DNA of 45,280 nucleotides from a virus (lineage: Duplodnaviria; Caudoviricetes): the IMG/VR virus record IMGVR_UViG_3300037195_001698, positions 1 to 45,280 of that record. One strand, given 5' to 3'. A program made the translations under genes and the position numbers. The notes below the pieces were generated by a model that had not been told where the DNA came from, made no database searches, and worked only from the letters and a program-made list of their open reading frames with translations. Shown piece after piece: positions 22,902 to 32,363 of this stretch. Positions within the stretch are counted from its first letter, which is position 1. Each line of letters begins with the position of its first letter.

Positions 22902-24395
22902 GTGGCGGTACCTAAAAAAAAACTAGCTGAACTCACCATCCAAGCACTGATCGATCCTGAGTGGGAAGCTCGGGTCATCCATAAGCTGCCCTTGAGGGGG
23001 CGGCAAGTCGAGGTTATCCAAAGAGTCGAAGCCCACGTCAGAGCCCATAACGGCGGGGTGATGACGGTAAAGCTTCCCCGGCAAACAGGTAAGAATCAAG
23101 TATCTGCCATCTTACAAAGACGACACCTCATGCATCGGCGCTTTAGCCCGAGCTATCAGTGTTGGATAAGAACGGCCCCCACACACAAGCCTCAGATCGT
23201 GAACTCAAAAAAGAGACTTCGAGAGGTCTTAGCGGTCGGTGATAAAAACCTGATCAAATACCCTTTAATGAAAAACGAAAAGCTCATCAAGGAAGAGGGC
23301 TATATCTGGCGGGTCGGCAATGCTGCCATAGAGTTTTTATCCTCAGGCCCTGAGGCAAACGTCGTTGGAGCTACAGCCTCAACAGCGCTTGATATGGATG
23401 AGGCCCATAAGGTTGATAAAGATAAGTTCGATGAGGACTTCATGCCGTTTACGGCCAACACGAACGCCGCCACTATTCTTTGGGGTGTCGGAGGAAACGG
23501 CCTTGATACTCTTCAACACTACAGTGATTTAAATAAGGCCTCAGGAAACGAGCATCTAAATATCTGTATCCCTTGTGATTATTGGATGGAAACTCACGAG
23601 CCTTACAGGAAGCACGTTGAGTCTCGGGTCAATGCGCTTGGTTGGGATCACCCGATCATCAGGACGCAGTACAAACTTGAATCCATTGCAGCCCTTGGAT
23701 CGTTTTTAAATCAAATGCATATCAACACTCTGTTCTCAGGCACCCATGAAAGGCACCGCTCGCCCAGGGACGGTGTTCATTATGAGATGCTTGTTGATAT
23801 CGCAGCGGGAAACGAGGAATTCAACCCCGACGACATCCTACAAGGGGTTGAAGATGTGGCCACGGACTCAAGCGCGATCTGGATATATGAGGTCACAAAC
23901 CTCGTTGCGAGCAATGGTCTGTTTCCCATCATTTTGATCAGAGATGTCATTTGGTTGACAGGCAATTCGCTTGCCTCAACTGAGGCGATCATAAAGAGCA
24001 CGATAGAATCCTGGAACATTCAAAAGGCCACGATCGATTCTGTTGGAGTTGGAAGACAAATTGGCGAATCGATCAAGAAGCTTTTCGGGGAAAACGTAGT
24101 CAATGCCTATGTGGCAAGCGACACCACGGTGTCAGAAGATTGTTACGGATTGCTTGCTAGATTGAACAGCGCTTCCGTTTTCATGTTTGCAAACGACAAT
24201 TCAAAGGAGTTTGAAGAGATCGAGCGCCAGGCCGGGTGGACCCAATATCAAGCCTCAAAAGGCAAGATGAAACTACGAAAACCTAAGGCTGATAAGCATA
24301 TCGATTTAATCAAGGCGCTGACCTACATCAATCAAAATAACCCCACGGCCGGGGTCGGTCAGCTGTTTTTCAATGAGGGAGATTATGGGATCTAA
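22902..24395 (+). CDS. Terminase large subunit
   Basis: Walker A PRQTGKN; Walker B LDMDEAH; nuclease motifs LVDIA, IDSVGVG and HID. Confidence 0.88.
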   Translation: MAVPKKKLAELTIQALIDPEWEARVIHKLPLRGRQVEVIQRVEAHVRAHNGGVMTVKLPRQTGKNQVSAILQRRHLMHRRFSPSYQCWIRTAPTHKPQIVNSKKRLREVLAVGDKNLIKYPLMKNEKLIKEEGYIWRVGNAAIEFLSSGPEANVVGATASTALDMDEAHKVDKDKFDEDFMPFTANTNAATILWGVGGNGLDTLQHYSDLNKASGNEHLNICIPCDYWMETHEPYRKHVESRVNALGWDHPIIRTQYKLESIAALGSFLNQMHINTLFSGTHERHRSPRDGVHYEMLVDIAAGNEEFNPDDILQGVEDVATDSSAIWIYEVTNLVASNGLFPIILIRDVIWLTGNSLASTEAIIKSTIESWNIQKATIDSVGVGRQIGESIKKLFGENVVNAYVASDTTVSEDCYGLLARLNSASVFMFANDNSKEFEEIERQAGWTQYQASKGKMKLRKPKADKHIDLIKALTYINQNNPTAGVGQLFFNEGDYGI

Positions 24396-26271
24396 GTATC
24401 TACAGGCAAAAAAGAAAAGTGCCATCAACGTGATAAATGCACGGCTCAAGGTCTTAGAAAAAGAGCAGAAGCTAATTCAAGAGATCGAACAGGATCAGCG
24501 AGGGACCGAGATCCCTAGATCATTCAGTGGCTCTCAAGTGAACTTTATTATTGACCCTTCAAACATTGGCACAGGCATCCTTGACCGGATGATCAAAACT
24601 GACGACACGATCAACTCGGCCGTGCAGTTTAAAATCATGATGATCCTTTCAAAGATCGGTGAGTATGAGCATTCAGATCCGGTGATAAAAGACTTTGTTC
24701 AGGGCTTTTTAAACGGCATGAGCGAGCCCACATGGGAATCAACAATGGAATCGATGCTCTCATATCATGGCTATCGATTCAGCGTGAGTGAGGTTGTCTT
24801 TGGTGTTGATACCGACTTACGAAAAGTGCCGATGAAAATTGTCACCTACCATCCATCAACTATTGCATTTGAAGTGGATGAGGTTGGTGAGATTACGCCC
24901 GATGGGATCATTCAATACACAAACCAAAGAAGCCAGTTTGCAAATCTCAACTGGCGCTTTCAGGCTATCCGGCACGGATTTAAAGTTAACAACCCCTTTG
25001 AAACCCCAGTGGACAGACTCTTCCCACATAGGGTGATGTCGATCTCTGATTTTGCGATCGTTCGAATTCCAAGGGATAAGTGCATACACCTTAAAGGACA
25101 GGAGTGGCACGCCTTTGGATCGCCTTATGGAAACTCAGGAGTGAGGACTGCTCACTTATTGTGGCAGCTAAAGGTGTTTTTATTTAAGCAAATGGGGATT
25201 GCCTCTAAAAGAAAGGGAACCCCTAAGATTTGGGCCACAGCCCCCAAGGGCGCAAACAAAGTCCGAGTGGCGCTTCCCAATGGAGAAACTAAAGAGCTGA
25301 ACCCGCAAGAGGCCGTCTCTGCGATGCTTAAAAATATTGAGAACTATGATTCCTTTGTGACGGGTGCAGAGAGTGAGGGCTATAAACTTACGGTCTTAGA
25401 TGACACATCAGATCTCTCTCAGTTTACAGCTGTGATCGATGCTCTTGATGTGAGAATTTTTCGCTGCTTTTTATTGCCTTCTCTTGTGATGACAGATGGC
25501 TCGGCTGGATCAAGATCGCTTGGTGACAAACACTTTGAGATCGTTGATCAGATCGCAGAGGCTGATGCTGATAAATTCACAAAGAATTTCATAAAGCAAA
25601 TCCTAGAGCGAGTCATCGCTGAAAACTTCGGTGAGCAAGATGACTATGGACAGTTCAATCGGCGGCCTCAGACCTCTGAGGAGCGAGAGCGTCTGGCAAG
25701 AATGTTTGGCCAGCTTGCAAATGACGGCTGGATGAGCCCTCTCTTTAAACAGGATATGGATTACGTCAGAGATTCTTTGAAGCTGTCACCTCTTGATGGG
25801 GATCTACTTAACGATGAATCTGAGGAGGATGATGTAAATTCAAACATCATACCGGGCGAGACAATTGAGATCCCAGCCAAGGAAGAAAAACCTGAGCCGG
25901 TCCCGACAGAAGACGTTGAAGAGGATCATGCCGGTACAGCGTTTAACGGTGCTCAAGTGACATCGCTTGTTGATCTAGTGAAGCAGGTTGCAGCCGGTGA
26001 TCTTCCAGCTGAAGCCGCCATTGAAATCTTGCAGGTAGCTTTCCAGATGAGTGAGGAAAAAGCAAAAGCGATCATTTCATCTGCGACAGATTTTGAGCCC
26101 AAGTCCCAAAGGCCCCAGGCTGATGATGAAAATCCAGAGCTCTCAAAACCTCAATGGGTGATCGAAGATGACAAGTGGAAAAAGGCCTTAGCCTTTGCTG
26201 GGGATAAAGGACCAGCAATGGCAGCTTGGTATTACTTGAACACGCTAAAGGGTAAGAAGGCTAAGTCCTAA
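24385..26271 (+). CDS. Portal protein (Mu gp29/DUF935-like) with acidic C-terminal extension
   Basis: Follows terL; SPYGNS and GSRSLGDKH; GAGGGAG Shine-Dalgarno. Confidence 0.85.
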   Translation: MGSKYLQAKKKSAINVINARLKVLEKEQKLIQEIEQDQRGTEIPRSFSGSQVNFIIDPSNIGTGILDRMIKTDDTINSAVQFKIMMILSKIGEYEHSDPVIKDFVQGFLNGMSEPTWESTMESMLSYHGYRFSVSEVVFGVDTDLRKVPMKIVTYHPSTIAFEVDEVGEITPDGIIQYTNQRSQFANLNWRFQAIRHGFKVNNPFETPVDRLFPHRVMSISDFAIVRIPRDKCIHLKGQEWHAFGSPYGNSGVRTAHLLWQLKVFLFKQMGIASKRKGTPKIWATAPKGANKVRVALPNGETKELNPQEAVSAMLKNIENYDSFVTGAESEGYKLTVLDDTSDLSQFTAVIDALDVRIFRCFLLPSLVMTDGSAGSRSLGDKHFEIVDQIAEADADKFTKNFIKQILERVIAENFGEQDDYGQFNRRPQTSEERERLARMFGQLANDGWMSPLFKQDMDYVRDSLKLSPLDGDLLNDESEEDDVNSNIIPGETIEIPAKEEKPEPVPTEDVEEDHAGTAFNGAQVTSLVDLVKQVAAGDLPAEAAIEILQVAFQMSEEKAKAIISSATDFEPKSQRPQADDENPELSKPQWVIEDDKWKKALAFAGDKGPAMAAWYYLNTLKGKKAKS

Positions 26272-27152
26272 TGGCCAACTATGCAGTTCAAAAAAGAGCC
26301 ACGCTTGACCGCGTGACGGCGAGATCTGTCCAGGCAGCAAGGAATATATTTTTAAGCGACCTCGAATCAAAGGCAGACAAGATCTTTAGTGATCTCAACC
26401 GTGGCATTGATTCGATTAAAAAGGCTGACATCAGACAAATCAAATCAAGCGTTGATACGGTTGTTGATCGTCATCTTTATCATGCGGTCAAATCAGCAGT
26501 CAGCGATGGGATGCAAGAGGTGACGCCAGAAAATGAGCTTGGTCTCTGGAAGCTCTTACCTGACACACATGATCCGATCCTTACGCTTGCAGAGCTGAGG
26601 CCCGCTCTGGCTGATAAGCGAGACAAGCTTTTAGATAAGATCCTAAAAGAGGTCAAAAAATCAAGCTCCTATTCCACGGATGAGCTTACGAATCTTTTAT
26701 CGGGAAATTATTTGAAGGCCTTTCAGAGCTCATACCGAGAGCTTGCAAAGAAGTGGGTCAAGGGTGAGAGCACGGTCAATGAAGTGAAGGCAATGATTAC
26801 AACCACTGTCGGTCTTACCACTTCTCATTCAACGATGGTTTTTCGGACTGAGACGACCAACTATTTCAACCGGGCTCGAGCTGATTACTTCAAAGAAAAT
26901 ACCTCAATGGATTACATGCAGATATTCAGTATCACCGATGGTCGGCGATCAAAGATTTGTGAGGATCGTCACGGGTGGACCTTCCCATTGAGTGAGGCAA
27001 CCCAAAAATCAAAATGCCCAGCCTTTCACCCTCATTGCAGGACCGTTCAAAGGCCACTTACCACGAGGATTGGCAGCCACAACAGGCAGATCGAAAAGGG
27101 TATTGCCATGAACGAATCAAGATTTGAGCCGCTTCCTAAGGGTTGGGAATGA
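26271..27152 (+). CDS. Minor head morphogenesis protein (Mu gpF/SPP1 gp7)
   Basis: FRTETTNYFN, DGRRSKIC and PAFHPHCRT. Confidence 0.88.
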   Translation: MANYAVQKRATLDRVTARSVQAARNIFLSDLESKADKIFSDLNRGIDSIKKADIRQIKSSVDTVVDRHLYHAVKSAVSDGMQEVTPENELGLWKLLPDTHDPILTLAELRPALADKRDKLLDKILKEVKKSSSYSTDELTNLLSGNYLKAFQSSYRELAKKWVKGESTVNEVKAMITTTVGLTTSHSTMVFRTETTNYFNRARADYFKENTSMDYMQIFSITDGRRSKICEDRHGWTFPLSEATQKSKCPAFHPHCRTVQRPLTTRIGSHNRQIEKGIAMNESRFEPLPKGWE

Positions 27153-27160
27153 TCTCTTAC

Positions 27161-27188
27161 TTACGGAATTTAAACTCAAAGCGATAAG
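27161..27188 (+). promoter_or_regulatory. Putative phage-sigma promoter 3 (head protease/capsid operon)
   Basis: TTACG-N16-CGATAAG in an intergenic gap. Confidence 0.65.
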
Positions 27189-27211
27189 CATAGGAAGAAA
27201 CTGGGGGACGT

Positions 27212-28429
27212 GTGCGTCAAACGATTAAACAACTCAATATCGCATCCTACGGGCATTCGAATATCCACAAGCTATCCGAGGGATCAGGTGGCTCTCTTAT
27301 TAAAAGAGCGCTTCTGGTTTTTGAAGGCACTCACAATGGGATGTATGGAAAAGTCACGCTCAGCAGGGAGTTTCTGACAGTAATGGTTGAGCGCTTTAAT
27401 CGTGAGTATGCCAACCCCATGAATGAAAACGACTTTCCGCCTGTATCTAAGGATCACGATACCTGTGCTGATAACACCTTAGGGCGAATCATTGGGCCAC
27501 TTGAGGCTGTTGATTTTAAGCATCCACGCACAGGCCTTGAGGTCTTGGGTGTTTTTGGTGACATCCGAATTGATGACCTTGACGCGATCAAGAACGTCAA
27601 TAGTGGGAAGTACTCGCATCTATCTATCAGTTTCGATGATGATGCGGACAATTTAGGTGAACTATATGAGGTCTCGTTTGTAGGCGTTGAGGCTGCAAGA
27701 GGATCTCAAGTTTTAAGCAAAGGAGACAAAATGAATATCGAACAAAAGTTCGAGAGCCTTAATGCCAAATACCTTGGGCTAAAAAAGCTGTCCAAAAGTA
27801 AAAGCTTGGCGATCAAGGCTGGTGTCAAAAGTCTGAAGGCGAATCTTGATGGCATTCAAACCGACACAGAGAAGCTTGCTTCAGGTGTTAAAGAGGGTGT
27901 CAAGGAGATCAAGCTTGGGCTTTTGAAAGCGAAGTTTAAAGACTTCGTTCGCGAGGGGCGCCTTTCAAAGGCAGAGCTTGATGGAATCAAGTTTGAGGAC
28001 CTGGTTGATATGGATCAGAAATCTCTATCGATCGTCCTTACCTCTTATAAATCACGGCCAGTTTCGTCTGACGTTGCACAGTTTGGCATCAAGGGTGCTG
28101 AACCACGCAGCAAGGAGCTGACAACAGCAGAGATCAGACGGCTTCGAGCAGAGCAACGTGCGGGTAAAACTGGCAGTTCTCTTTCTCTTGAAGATGAGGA
28201 AAAAGCAGAAGAGCTATCTGGTGACGTTGCTGGGCAAACTGATGAGACACGAGAAGTCAGTGGGACAAGCATCGAAGAGGTTGAAGCGGCTCTTAAAAAG
28301 CTTGAGGGCTTTGGCGAGTTACGTGATCGCCTTGAAGAGGCGACTAAGCGTATGGAAGAGACGCTTAGTAAGCTGATGGCAGATAGTGAAGGTAACGACA
28401 ACTCAGACGACGAAGAGGGGGATGAGTAA
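27212..28429 (+). CDS. Prohead protease/scaffold (Mu gpI-like)
   Basis: PVSKDH, GKYSHLSISF and LYEVSFV; coiled-coil acidic C-terminus. Confidence 0.8.
   Translation: MRQTIKQLNIASYGHSNIHKLSEGSGGSLIKRALLVFEGTHNGMYGKVTLSREFLTVMVERFNREYANPMNENDFPPVSKDHDTCADNTLGRIIGPLEAVDFKHPRTGLEVLGVFGDIRIDDLDAIKNVNSGKYSHLSISFDDDADNLGELYEVSFVGVEAARGSQVLSKGDKMNIEQKFESLNAKYLGLKKLSKSKSLAIKAGVKSLKANLDGIQTDTEKLASGVKEGVKEIKLGLLKAKFKDFVREGRLSKAELDGIKFEDLVDMDQKSLSIVLTSYKSRPVSSDVAQFGIKGAEPRSKELTTAEIRRLRAEQRAGKTGSSLSLEDEEKAEELSGDVAGQTDETREVSGTSIEEVEAALKKLEGFGELRDRLEEATKRMEETLSKLMADSEGNDNSDDEEGDE
27731..28429 (+). CDS. Probable nested in-frame scaffold protein (Mu gpZ-like)
   Basis: AAGGAG Shine-Dalgarno before an in-frame ATG (MNIEQK) right after the protease domain. 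Confidence 0.55.
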   Translation: MNIEQKFESLNAKYLGLKKLSKSKSLAIKAGVKSLKANLDGIQTDTEKLASGVKEGVKEIKLGLLKAKFKDFVREGRLSKAELDGIKFEDLVDMDQKSLSIVLTSYKSRPVSSDVAQFGIKGAEPRSKELTTAEIRRLRAEQRAGKTGSSLSLEDEEKAEELSGDVAGQTDETREVSGTSIEEVEAALKKLEGFGELRDRLEEATKRMEETLSKLMADSEGNDNSDDEEGDE

Positions 28430-29022
28430 TGGGAAGAGTATTAGGAAACATCACGCAGCCAGTGATTTTGTCCCGCAGGGCAGAATTGGCGGTTGCAGAT
28501 TCGGCCGTGATCGATGGCTCGATCCACGAGGATGAGTTGTTGCTTGCAGGTCAAGTGTTGGGAAAAACAGCTGGCGGAAAATACCGTGCGTATGCCGAAG
28601 CAGTTGTTGCCACTGGCGGAGCGTTTTCGGCTTCAGCAGCTGGCTTTACGGTCGAAAATGCTGAGGGTGAAGATGCGATGAAATACATCCGCGTTGGCGA
28701 TGTCATTGAGTCGGTTGCTGGGGATGCTCTTGGAACGGTTGCTACATTTGATCCTGTCACAGGGGTTGGGACACTGACTGGAAACTCAGCCAATGCTTTG
28801 GCAGCTGGTCAGCGTGTTCGCGTTGCAGCAGCGGGCCTTAGTGTCGCAGCAGGCGATGTCCGAATCCTAACAAGCGAAACCAGCGTTGATGGGGATGCTG
28901 ATGTTCCAGCGGCCGGTTATTTCGAAGGCTTCTTTTCAAAAACGATCCGTGGTGCGACGGCCGCAGCGTTGACTGCAATGGGCGCCAAGGACATTTCATC
29001 AGACGAATTCCGATTGGTCTAA
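28429..29022 (+). CDS. Head decoration protein
   Basis: LLAGQVLGK...GKYRAY; between scaffold and capsid genes; Ala/Gly-rich insert. Confidence 0.7.
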   Translation: MGRVLGNITQPVILSRRAELAVADSAVIDGSIHEDELLLAGQVLGKTAGGKYRAYAEAVVATGGAFSASAAGFTVENAEGEDAMKYIRVGDVIESVAGDALGTVATFDPVTGVGTLTGNSANALAAGQRVRVAAAGLSVAAGDVRILTSETSVDGDADVPAAGYFEGFFSKTIRGATAAALTAMGAKDISSDEFRLV

Positions 29023-29034
29023 GGAGGACTTATC

Positions 29035-30123
29035 ATGAAACATATTTTATCAGGAATCCTAGGGGATCGACATCGGCGTATCATCCATTCAGTTGTCGAA
29101 GAAATTTCGGTCTCGCCATCTGAGGACTCAATCATTGACCAGCTTATGCCAATAACTGACGTGCCAGCGGGAGTTCTTGAGCACGAGACTATTTCTGGCT
29201 CTGGTGGCATGACTCAAGAGCGTGCTCTTGATGCTGAGGGGAAAGAAATTCCTGGGCAAAGTTCCACTAGCGTTCTTTACAAGCCAGGATCATACCAAGA
29301 AAGCATCATCTATCGTGAGTCCGATCTTTTGAAGCTTCGAAAGTATGGAACTCTTGGAGAGCGAGGCGCGACTGGTTTGACAGGTGGCGAGTTGGACCAC
29401 ATGGAACGCGGCGGGAAAAAGCTTAGCGTTCGATTGAAAAACCGTGCTCACTATCTTCGATGGGAAGCTATCTTCAACGACCGTTTTGTGTGGCAAGGTG
29501 TGACCAAAACCTTTGGTCGACCGTCAGCAAACGTCATCACAGCGGCAACCGATTGGTCTGTTGCTAATACTGGTAAGCCGTTTGAAGATTTGATCACGAT
29601 CCTTAACACCAACCCTGTGGTTCGAAAGTACCGCAAAATGATCAAGGCTCTTGTGATCAACCCAAAAACTGAAGCCGATATCATGAAGCGGGCTCTTGAA
29701 TCTGGTTACATCACCAACGCCAATATTCAATCGGCTGGTATTAACAAGGTTCGTGAGTTTGCGGCTCCTGGGCTTCCGCCTTTTGAAGTTGTGGCTGATG
29801 CTTACCAGTCAGAGACTTATGACCCAGAGACTCAACTCATCACTCTTGGTGATGCTGAATACCTGGTCCCAGACAATAAAATATTGTTGGTGATCGATTT
29901 CAATCAGAGCGGTGCTCTATACTCGCAGTATGGTGAATTGCAGTTGACTGAGAACATGAACGATCCGTCAGCGACAATTCAGAGCCCAGCAGTTGGGATG
30001 TATACGTTTATCGACGAAAAAGGTCTTGAGCGTCGAAAGAATCCGTTTGTTGAGCTTGTTGCAGGATTCAACGGTGGGCCAAACCTAATGCGCCCAGATG
30101 ATGTCATCGTCATTAGTTACTAA
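29035..30123 (+). CDS. Major capsid protein (lambda gpE-like family)
   Basis: 362 aa; AAGGAGG Shine-Dalgarno; position after the decoration gene; followed by a hairpin. Confidence 0.85.
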   Translation: MKHILSGILGDRHRRIIHSVVEEISVSPSEDSIIDQLMPITDVPAGVLEHETISGSGGMTQERALDAEGKEIPGQSSTSVLYKPGSYQESIIYRESDLLKLRKYGTLGERGATGLTGGELDHMERGGKKLSVRLKNRAHYLRWEAIFNDRFVWQGVTKTFGRPSANVITAATDWSVANTGKPFEDLITILNTNPVVRKYRKMIKALVINPKTEADIMKRALESGYITNANIQSAGINKVREFAAPGLPPFEVVADAYQSETYDPETQLITLGDAEYLVPDNKILLVIDFNQSGALYSQYGELQLTENMNDPSATIQSPAVGMYTFIDEKGLERRKNPFVELVAGFNGGPNLMRPDDVIVISY

Positions 30124-30137
30124 CTTTAAATCGGAAC

Positions 30138-30169
30138 AGCCGCAGGGGATTCCCTCTGCGGCTTAACTA
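30138..30169 (+). terminator. Hairpin after the capsid gene (weak terminator or mRNA stabiliser)
   Basis: AGCCGCAG-GGG-ATT-CCC-T-CTGCGGCT with a poor U-tract. Confidence 0.55.
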
Positions 30170-30184
30170 TGGAGAATTTTAAAA

Positions 30185-30475
30185 GTGGGAAACGATAAGA
30201 ATAAAAACGAGCAACCTGAAGCTACTACACAAGGTAAGGTTGACGCTTCAAAAGCGAGCGAAAAGTCTAAGGCAGACAAGCCAGCAGCTAACAATATGGC
30301 AAAACCGAAGGCGAAAAACACAAGCGCAAGCGGCCGCGTGAAGGTTGTCGGAAAAGTTTACTGCTCGCTTCACGATGGAACGTATTTAAAGCCCGGTGAA
30401 GAGGCGATGATTTCTAAGCTTGAGTACGACGCATTAAAGGAATCTGGTCGCGATAAAGTTTTATTTGAGGGGTAA
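30185..30475 (+). CDS. Hypothetical virion-associated protein
   Basis: GGAG Shine-Dalgarno; typical small gene after the capsid gene. Confidence 0.6.
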   Translation: MGNDKNKNEQPEATTQGKVDASKASEKSKADKPAANNMAKPKAKNTSASGRVKVVGKVYCSLHDGTYLKPGEEAMISKLEYDALKESGRDKVLFEG

Positions 30476-30477
30476 AC

Positions 30478-30984
30478 ATGTCTAATCCAAGTCGTTGGTT
30501 CTACATTACTGAGGCGCAATTTGCGCAAGTCCTTACGGACCTCAATGTCAATACAACCGAGGCTGACGGCTATGGAGTAACGCAACAAGAAGATCTGATT
30601 GACCGTGCTGTTGGCGATCTTGAATCAGATCTTGTGAAGCGTTTTGTTGTTCCTCTTGTGGCAACGAACGGAGCTGAGTTTTCAACCTCGGCTCCTTACT
30701 ACACAAGACAGAAAGTTCTCAACGCTATCAAGGCAAAGATTCGTCAGATCCTCGGGTCGGACAATCAAAAAAACATTGTGATCGATTCATCAGAGCGTTA
30801 CATCGATCTTAAAAAGGCTGAGTACACAGGGCACATAAAAGACCTACTGGATCACGAACGAGAGTTCGGTCTAAGGCTTCAAAGTTATGCGAGCGATGGT
30901 GCGAAAACTCCTGTTCAGTCTGTTGCGATATCTCGTCCTGATGACTCGATGACTGTTGATCCTAGCAGTGATTATTATTGGTGA
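30478..30984 (+). CDS. Head-tail adaptor (Mu gp36-like)
   Basis: FYITEAQ and IDRAVGDLESDL..RFVVPL; position. Confidence 0.65.
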   Translation: MSNPSRWFYITEAQFAQVLTDLNVNTTEADGYGVTQQEDLIDRAVGDLESDLVKRFVVPLVATNGAEFSTSAPYYTRQKVLNAIKAKIRQILGSDNQKNIVIDSSERYIDLKKAEYTGHIKDLLDHEREFGLRLQSYASDGAKTPVQSVAISRPDDSMTVDPSSDYYW

Positions 30985-30989
30985 TCTAG

Positions 30990-31520
30990 ATGGCAAGGCT
31001 TTTTGCGACCGAGCTCAAACTGCCAGTCATGAGAAACGCCTTTAGCCCTCAAAACTATCTGCGTCTTAAAAATGACATTTTGGCATTGATGTTTACTCAG
31101 ATGCTAAACCGTTTTGATCTTGAACAAGACTCAGACGGGAAGCCTTGGGAACCACTCAAGTCACAGCAGTTTGAACGGCGAAACAAAAAAATCAAAGACA
31201 AGTCCCGAAAAGGGAATATCAAAATCCTTCAAGATGATGGGACGCTTAGAAAGAGTTTCACCATTGAAGGCGCAGAAGGAAACGAAACGTCAGTCTCTGG
31301 TGATGAGGTTTATTTGGCAACGACTGTCCCTTATGCAGCCGCCCATAACGATGGCTTGAGAATCAAACACCCAGGAACCTCCGACGGCTTTGGAAGAGGG
31401 ATCAAAATAGATCCATATTTCATTCAACTTCCAGAGCGCCGAATGACTGGGTTTAGTGATGATGACGTGAATGAGATCAGAGAGCTGATAGCTGGTCACA
31501 TGTCAGAGGAGGGGTTTTAA
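30990..31520 (+). CDS. Virion morphogenesis / tail completion protein (Mu gpG-like)
   Basis: RFDLEQDSDGKPWEPL, ILQDDGTLRKS, YAAAHNDG and LPERRMTG. Confidence 0.85.
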   Translation: MARLFATELKLPVMRNAFSPQNYLRLKNDILALMFTQMLNRFDLEQDSDGKPWEPLKSQQFERRNKKIKDKSRKGNIKILQDDGTLRKSFTIEGAEGNETSVSGDEVYLATTVPYAAAHNDGLRIKHPGTSDGFGRGIKIDPYFIQLPERRMTGFSDDDVNEIRELIAGHMSEEGF

Positions 31521-32156
31521 GTGGGGAAGACAGAAACCAGGGTTAAACAAGGTGTTAATGATGTCCTAGGGCACATCTTTGGCGACTCAATGCTTGATAC
31601 TCTAAAGAGCGCCTTAGTAATTCAAGAGCCTTTTAAAACGATGTTCGGCGAAAACGGTGAGAGGATCTTTGTTGAGGACTTCCCTGCAATCAATGAGTCC
31701 ATCTTGCCAGCATGGCAATTCCAGTTTGAAAGCGACACAATCCAGGGGCAGGATCTTTATCACCGAGGCTTTGTTAGTTCTCGGATCATCTTTCCAACGA
31801 AGATGCGCGGGGCCTTTGGGCTTTACCGAAAAGTGGCCATGGTCATTGCCAGGTATTTTCAGTCAGATAAATGCGTGAGCGACTTTATTAAAAACGTGCC
31901 AGGGCTTACCGAATTTGGTGAAGATCTTACGTTTAATTATGGTCAAGTCTATCGACTGAGCGGCGTTGATGTTCCGGTCCTTACCATGCGCTTTGCTTTT
32001 CAGTTTGATCTAAGAAAGGTCAAACTTCATTTTTCAGACACTGATTTTAATGACGATCTTCATGCGGAGCTCTTGGGGGCCTTCGCTAACTATATTGAGA
32101 TTACTAACGACAAAGAAGAGATCCTTGTTGAAACCGCAGAAGTCGAGGGGGGCTAG
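31521..32156 (+). CDS. Probable tail terminator protein
   Basis: Size and position between the gpG-like and sheath genes. Confidence 0.5.
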   Translation: MGKTETRVKQGVNDVLGHIFGDSMLDTLKSALVIQEPFKTMFGENGERIFVEDFPAINESILPAWQFQFESDTIQGQDLYHRGFVSSRIIFPTKMRGAFGLYRKVAMVIARYFQSDKCVSDFIKNVPGLTEFGEDLTFNYGQVYRLSGVDVPVLTMRFAFQFDLRKVKLHFSDTDFNDDLHAELLGAFANYIEITNDKEEILVETAEVEGG

Positions 32157-32363
32157 GTGAAACTTAAAGGTATATTAGCAATCAAGGCAGCCAAGGGAAA
32201 GATTCTGCCTCTGATGGTGGGCTCAAACCTTGTTCGGATTGAGGAAAAGCCCATCGAAATTGACAGCGATCAGCTCAGTTATTCAGCAAAGCTGATTTTA
32301 AAACGGGCAATCAAGGATATGGACGTTGAGCTTGTTCAGAAGTCTCAAGGGGGTAACAAGTGA
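32157..32363 (+). CDS. Small protein before the sheath gene (Mu gp38 position)
   Basis: RAIKDMDVEL; position. Confidence 0.5.
   Translation: MKLKGILAIKAAKGKILPLMVGSNLVRIEEKPIEIDSDQLSYSAKLILKRAIKDMDVELVQKSQGGNK

Noticed and set aside
30193-30199. Fourth late promoter (CGATAAG)
   Set aside because: Inside a coding region and lacks TT(A/C)CG 21 nt upstream
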